Below, piece after piece: positions 59,507-64,000 of a stretch of DNA of 64,000 nucleotides. A program made the translations under genes and the position numbers. Where the stretch lies: the sequence record KU686213.1; one strand, written 5' to 3'. The notes under the pieces are model-generated. The model had not been told where the DNA came from. It was given only the letters and a program-made list of their open reading frames with translations, and ran no database searches. How positions within the stretch are numbered: the stretch's first letter is position 1; each line of letters begins with the position of its first letter.

Positions 59507-59707
59507 ATGAGCACCGTTGAAATCAACTACGAAATCGCCAAGCTTCGTGAAGAGCGTCAGCAGCTGCTGAACCGTGCGAACGTAATCGGTGATTGTATCC
59601 AAGAGCTTGCGCAGCTGCGCACCAAACAGCAGCTTGCCTCAAAGCGTGAGCACGATGAGCGCTTCGAGTCCAGTGAGGATCTGTTCGCTGAGATGTTTGG
59701 CGGTTGA
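59507..59707 (+). CDS. Hypothetical early coiled-coil protein
   Basis: Single-gene cassette. Confidence 0.65.
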   Translation: MSTVEINYEIAKLREERQQLLNRANVIGDCIQELAQLRTKQQLASKREHDERFESSEDLFAEMFGG

Positions 59708-59781
59708 TTAAGTGGCACAAGGGGGCTAGGCAAGCCCCCACCACCTGCTACAATTGATTCATACCAAACAAAGGAACCCCA

Positions 59782-60048
59782 ATGACTTCAGTTTTTCTAG
59801 TATTTCATGTTGAGTATCCTTTCAACGAAGGCTGTGATAATGTTATTGGTGATGAATTCTCTAAAGTATTTCATACCAAAGAAGATGCTGAAGAGTATAT
59901 CAAGAAGACTGATGTTTCAGAGTCAGTTCGAGTTGCTAAGTGGGCAAAAGAAAAGTGTGATAGGTTGGGTTGGGGTGAGGACATGCTTAAGCGCCTGATT
60001 AAATCAAATGTCAAAGAATGGGAGATTAAAGAGATTCCATTCGGCTGA
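59782..60048 (+). CDS. Hypothetical early protein
   Basis: Single-gene cassette. Confidence 0.65.
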   Translation: MTSVFLVFHVEYPFNEGCDNVIGDEFSKVFHTKEDAEEYIKKTDVSESVRVAKWAKEKCDRLGWGEDMLKRLIKSNVKEWEIKEIPFG

Positions 60049-60088
60049 TGCCCTCTCGCTACAAATAAAAACCACTAAAAAACACAAA

Positions 60089-60355
60089 ATGATCTCAACT
60101 CAAATCACTATTACAATCAAACGTAGCGAGTGGGAATGTTACATCGACACCCCAGATTCAGTCATCGAAACTATTAACAACTACTTTGCCTTTGTATTAC
60201 AATCACGTGATACGGCATTAGAAGCACAAGCTGAAATCTTTAAGTTTATGTGCATGTTTAGTGAGTTTGGTTTCTATGATAGTGAGCCTAGGCAATGTGC
60301 AACAGATACTATTAACGATTTCTTCGGGACAAGCTTGAGCAGGTGGGACAGTTGA
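60089..60355 (+). CDS. Hypothetical early protein
   Basis: MISTQITI...; FGFYDSEPR motif. Confidence 0.6.
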   Translation: MISTQITITIKRSEWECYIDTPDSVIETINNYFAFVLQSRDTALEAQAEIFKFMCMFSEFGFYDSEPRQCATDTINDFFGTSLSRWDS

Positions 60356-60429
60356 GCTAGTGGCACAAGGGAGCCGCCACTGGCTCCCACAGCTGCTATG
60401 ATTACAAAGTAATCGAGGGAGACACCCCA

Positions 60430-60621
60430 ATGAACATTCAAGTCAACGGCTACGCAATCGACACCCTTAAGCAAGCGCTTCAAGAGTCTTCGATGCTATG
60501 GCAAGAGCGTATCGACCAAGCCGAGCGTGGCGAACGTCAGAACCTCAGCATCGAGGGAGCTCGTGCGATGCAAGATGACTTGAGGGACATCCTAGAGCAG
60601 ATCAGGTTGCAAGACGCCTGA
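60430..60621 (+). CDS. Hypothetical early protein
   Basis: Single-gene cassette. Confidence 0.65.
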   Translation: MNIQVNGYAIDTLKQALQESSMLWQERIDQAERGERQNLSIEGARAMQDDLRDILEQIRLQDA

Positions 60622-60694
60622 TCAACTGGCACACGGGAGCCACACAGGCTCCCACCACCTGCTACAATTGATTCATACCAAACAAAGGAACCCA

Positions 60695-60952
60695 ATGAAC
60701 GGCTGGACTAACTACGAAACCTGGAACGCATCACTTTGGATCAGCAACGAGGAGTTCCTCTACAACACCGCTCGCGCTTGCGTGACCTATTGTGACCCCA
60801 GCGAGCAGCCTTGGACCAAGTTCGTCCGTTGTATGACCGAGGGACAGATCGGCAGCTTCCTTGGTGAGACTGGCGATGGCGTCCGCTGGGATGATACCAG
60901 CATCAACGCCGATGAGATGAACGAGATGATGCTAGAGTTAGTCGCCGACTGA
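60695..60952 (+). CDS. Early phage protein
   Basis: MNGWTNYETWNASLWI motif, ...TGDGVRW. Confidence 0.75.
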   Translation: MNGWTNYETWNASLWISNEEFLYNTARACVTYCDPSEQPWTKFVRCMTEGQIGSFLGETGDGVRWDDTSINADEMNEMMLELVAD

Positions 60953-61023
60953 ACTGGCACAAGGGGGCTCGCAGCCCCCTCCCACAGCTGCTACAATTAC
61001 AGAGTAATCAAAACACAGCACCA

Positions 61024-61194
61024 ATGACCGAAATGACTTTCTACGTGATGTTCAGCTCCGAGGAGCTTACAGAGCCAGACTACATTGGTCCTTTCTACAA
61101 GCTAGAAGACGCCGAAGATTACGCAGATCACCAGAACCAAGGGCTTGCGAATAACGGCATCCCTGGCTGGGTTGCTTCTTACGGTGTCGTCTGA
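61024..61194 (+). CDS. Small early protein (56 aa)
   Basis: IGPFYKLEDAEDYA motif; single-gene cassette. Confidence 0.6.
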   Translation: MTEMTFYVMFSSEELTEPDYIGPFYKLEDAEDYADHQNQGLANNGIPGWVASYGVV

Positions 61195-61221
61195 ACCAAT
61201 CTCCAAACTGTCCCAATGGGG

Positions 61222-61250
61222 TTGACGGTTCCCCTCAAAACCGTTATATT
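61222..61250 (+). promoter_or_regulatory. Sigma70-type promoter
   Basis: TTGACG-17 bp-TATATT. Confidence 0.65.
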
Positions 61251-61312
61251 AGATTCATCGGTTGAGCCACACTCTACAGGCTCCCGATTATTCACCTCAT
61301 TTCTCTACAACA

Positions 61313-61615
61313 ATGAAAACCACACTTTCCACCATCTTCAGCCGCAATAACGTGATGAATGCCCTCCTGGCTCTCTGCACTGCTATCGAGTTCTGCTACG
61401 ATATGGGCGCACGCTTCGGTACCTGGTATCGCAACGGCGGCAACGCACAGATCCGCAATGCCTTTGTAATGACGGTAGCAGCTCTCCTATGGCTCGGTGA
61501 GACCGCTAGGCTAGGTTATGCCGTGGTTCGCCGTGATGGTCCCCAATGGCTCGCACAGGCTAACGCAACACGCCATCGTATCAGCCGCGCATTCAGCTAC
61601 GAGTATGCCGCCTGA
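61313..61615 (+). CDS. Hypothetical early membrane-associated protein
   Basis: Hydrophobic helices. Confidence 0.6.
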   Translation: MKTTLSTIFSRNNVMNALLALCTAIEFCYDMGARFGTWYRNGGNAQIRNAFVMTVAALLWLGETARLGYAVVRRDGPQWLAQANATRHRISRAFSYEYAA

Positions 61616-61692
61616 GGCACTGTCACAAGGAGGCTAGCAGCTCCCCCCCTAGCTGCTACAATTGATTCATACCAAACAAAGGGAGCCACCCA

Positions 61693-61923
61693 ATGTCCAG
61701 CACCACTTACACCCAGGCAGCTTACGCCGAAGCAATCCGCCGCCTCTCGGCTGGCTACGTTTCAGAGTTTGCTGAGTTTGCTGCAGGTGATGAGAGGATG
61801 CATGAGCTGATGATGGAACTTGCTTCTGAGTTCGTTGATGCCAATCTACCCATCGTCAGGGAGGAGGACGCAATCGACGTAGCTGCTGAGCTCCACTTGG
61901 GCATCACAATCCGTGCCGTGTGA
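61693..61923 (+). CDS. Hypothetical early protein
   Basis: Single-gene cassette. Confidence 0.65.
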   Translation: MSSTTYTQAAYAEAIRRLSAGYVSEFAEFAAGDERMHELMMELASEFVDANLPIVREEDAIDVAAELHLGITIRAV

Positions 61924-62005
61924 CGGCTGACCAACTATCACAAGGGGGCTTGCCTAGCCCCCACCACCTGCTACAATTGATTCATACCAAACAAAGGAAC
62001 CTCAA

Positions 62006-62320
62006 ATGCGCAAGATTGAAATCCAAATGAACCGCGCTGTTCAGTCTGGCACCAATTTCAGCCAAGCTAACACCTCAGTTCATCATCACGAGGGCGTAGC
62101 AATTGTCCGCCTACACGGTAGCAAGATCGCTGAGGTAGGCGACGATTTCATCACTCTCTTCGATGGTGGCTTCCAATCCAATACTACCAAGAGCCGCCTC
62201 AATGCCTTGATGGCTGAGTTCTGCTCACCCGGTGAGAACGTATTCCAGAAAGCTTACCAGTGGTTCATTCGCGCTAACGGCGTCACCATCCCATTTGAGT
62301 CAGGTGTGACACTCCGCTAA
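62006..62320 (+). CDS. Early phage protein
   Basis: LHGSKIA...DGGFQSNTTKSRLNAL motif. Confidence 0.75.
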   Translation: MRKIEIQMNRAVQSGTNFSQANTSVHHHEGVAIVRLHGSKIAEVGDDFITLFDGGFQSNTTKSRLNALMAEFCSPGENVFQKAYQWFIRANGVTIPFESGVTLR

Positions 62321-62387
62321 ACTGGCACACGCTCCCTAGCGGGAGCTCCCCCAGCTGCTACAATTGATTCATACCAAAGGAACCACA

Positions 62388-62957
62388 ATGAACACCTTTC
62401 TGACCTCCTCATTCCAAAACGTTCGCTCTTCAAAGCGTACTGACGAACTCCACACCGTCTTGCTAGCTGAGGTACTGGAAGCTAACCCCCAGTGGGCAGG
62501 CTACGACTGGCAGTTCGAATACCGCCTTCCCGTTGACGGCTTCGGTGGAACCTTTGATATTGATATCGCCGGTTTCGTCAACGGTGAGCTGAAGGTGGCT
62601 GTCCTGGCTAAGGCAATGAACTCAAACGTCAATAAGAATATCAAAAACTACGCTAACACCACCATTGGCGAAGCTGCCCGTCTGACCTATGCCCCTGGCT
62701 TAGACCTCGAGGCTGTGCTCTTCGTTTCAGTCCTTCCCCGCACTGCCCCCCGCTTCAATAAGGCAGGCGAGGTTGTGGGACTTGACAACGTGCTAAGCGC
62801 TAAGGCTCGCACCAACATCGGCAATATCATCGAAGCTCAGTACGGTGGGCTGGTTCAGGTCATCGACCTATTCTTCGATATCGACAATATCTCAGAGATG
62901 CTGACCTCTGCCGACTTTCAAACTATCACCGTATCGAACGTCGATAAGGTGAGCTAA
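62388..62957 (+). CDS. Putative PD-(D/E)xK restriction-endonuclease-like protein
   Basis: FEYRL...FDIDIAG...VAVLAK..NSNVNKNIKNY..TTIGE pattern. Confidence 0.45.
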   Translation: MNTFLTSSFQNVRSSKRTDELHTVLLAEVLEANPQWAGYDWQFEYRLPVDGFGGTFDIDIAGFVNGELKVAVLAKAMNSNVNKNIKNYANTTIGEAARLTYAPGLDLEAVLFVSVLPRTAPRFNKAGEVVGLDNVLSAKARTNIGNIIEAQYGGLVQVIDLFFDIDNISEMLTSADFQTITVSNVDKVS

Positions 62958-63039
62958 GCCAATTGAGCCACTGGCACAAGGGAGCGGCACAGCTCCCCCC
63001 AGCTGCTACAATTGATTCATACCAAACAAAGGAACTCAA

Positions 63040-63318
63040 ATGAAAATCTCACTCGATCAGCAAGTCGCTCAACTCGCAGCCGAAGGTCATCAAGAGATTG
63101 CAGTCATCAAACTCCCTAGTCAGGCAACCCGCAAGCGTCGCAAGCCTAGCAAGCGTCGCACTACCTCTACGAATGCGGTCAGCCAAACTGCCTACACTCA
63201 AACCGAGAGCCGCAACCTAGGCAAGATCAATTCAGCCTATGCGCGTCAGCATAGTGCCGATAGGAGGGCAGCAGCTCAACAGCGAGCAGCCGAGCTTAAA
63301 GGTCAGCCAATCTTCTAA
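63040..63318 (+). CDS. Basic early protein
   Basis: IKLPSQATRKRRKPSKRR; single-gene cassette. Confidence 0.6.
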   Translation: MKISLDQQVAQLAAEGHQEIAVIKLPSQATRKRRKPSKRRTTSTNAVSQTAYTQTESRNLGKINSAYARQHSADRRAAAQQRAAELKGQPIF

Positions 63319-63388
63319 GAGGCACAAGGGGGCTAGGCAAGCCCCCACCAGCTGCTACAATTGATTCATACCAAACAAGGAACCCACA

Positions 63389-63835
63389 ATGGCTACTCTC
63401 AACTATTCACCCGCTCAGCAGACTCAACTCATTGAGTTCTATCAGCAATGGCTGCCTAGAGTCAATGCCTTCGGATACGACAATCTCCCCGACGGTTATC
63501 ACACATACTACCGCCACGGCAAGAAGCTGGCTAAGGCAGCAGCAGCCGCTAAGATAGTCGAAGCTAAAGCAGCGCGTCGTCGTGGCAATCCATACCTCCG
63601 TCCCGAAGTTGAATTTATTGTGCATAGCTACGTTCGGACCGATAGTCCTTCTATCGTTGCCGACGAATTTAAGGCAGCTTTTATCGACTCTCCCCATAGT
63701 CGCGAGAGCGTCCGCTCTTGTGCTGGGCAGCTTCGCTCATTAGACAACCTCTGCCCCGACGATACGGGCTGGACTGTAAAAAGCCTAGTCGCAGAAGTAG
63801 CTAGCGAATTATACCCCGAGCGCTTCGCCGCATGA
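63389..63835 (+). CDS. Hypothetical early protein
   Basis: Single-gene cassette. Confidence 0.65.
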   Translation: MATLNYSPAQQTQLIEFYQQWLPRVNAFGYDNLPDGYHTYYRHGKKLAKAAAAAKIVEAKAARRRGNPYLRPEVEFIVHSYVRTDSPSIVADEFKAAFIDSPHSRESVRSCAGQLRSLDNLCPDDTGWTVKSLVAEVASELYPERFAA

Positions 63836-63906
63836 TTCTATCAAGGGGCTAGCCACCTAGCCCCGATCTATGGTACAATTCATTCATACCAAACCAGGAA
63901 CCGACA

Positions 63907-64000
63907 ATGCCTTTCTCACCTGCCTGCCGCCTTTCAGACCAGACCCGTGTATGGGTTGAGCGCTCAATCTATGAAGGGTGCGATTGGCAAATCGAAAAGC
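63907..64000 (+). CDS. Early protein, truncated by window edge
   Basis: ATG after cassette; open to the window end. Confidence 0.45.
   Translation, partial: MPFSPACRLSDQTRVWVERSIYEGCDWQIEK

Larger units (their letters stand above)
59438..63900 (+). repeat. Early-promoter cassette family B between single genes
   Basis: Identical CTGCTACAATTGATTCATACCAAA at 59470, 59745, 60659, 61653, 61968, 62355, 63003, 63352; upstream TGGCAC-type core + GC hairpin; variants near 60394, 60988, 63884. Confidence 0.92.

Noticed and set aside
59438-63900. CRISPR array suggested by the regularly recurring identical 24-mer
   Set aside because: Intervening sequences are 250-700 bp intact ORFs, the repeat contains a -10 box and ribosome site, and no cas genes are present.
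1-64000. tRNA/rRNA genes, photosynthesis genes, reverse transcriptase/DGR, integrase, transposase
   Set aside because: No T-loop GGTTCRA cloverleaf, psbA/hli motifs, YxDD RT or recombinase motifs were noticed by eye; tRNAscan-SE and HMM searches would be needed to exclude them fully.
59400-64000. Apparent rise in GC content as a sign of foreign or host contamination
   Set aside because: Not quantified; the same cassette family and gene orientation continue across the boundary, consistent with a phage early region.

Overview
Fragment of a T4-like cyanophage (Kyanoviridae-type myovirus; host probably Synechococcus, inferred from the pilin leader and gene families). About 1-29.5 kb is a late, structural block. 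It holds gp32, gp2, gp4, the baseplate/tail genes gp54, gp48, gp53, gp26, gp51 and gp5, two tape-measure-like proteins and large fibre proteins. It also holds two collagen-like fibre genes followed directly by two glycosyltransferases and a prolyl-hydroxylase-like oxygenase; T4 late promoters (ATAAATA/CTAAATA) recur through this block. About 29.5-64 kb is an early/accessory region of small genes, many preceded by one of two families of repeated promoter/stem-loop cassettes. Main candidates for a second look: (1) a four-gene Mrr-like nuclease, NPPY methylase, SF2 helicase and SAM-motif-I cluster resembling a split Type ISP restriction-modification system, with the split-methylase pair recurring at a second locus; (2) a collagen fibre plus modifying-enzyme locus; (3) a U_UUU_UUC slippery site whose -1 frame fuses gp26 to gp51; (4) a type IV pilin; (5) a C-terminal-only CP12-like microprotein; (6) an iteron-like CGCAGYATAT array; (7) a single-gene cassette array with an identical 24-mer. 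All calls come from reading motifs by eye, with no database searches. No tRNA, rRNA or CRISPR array was seen.
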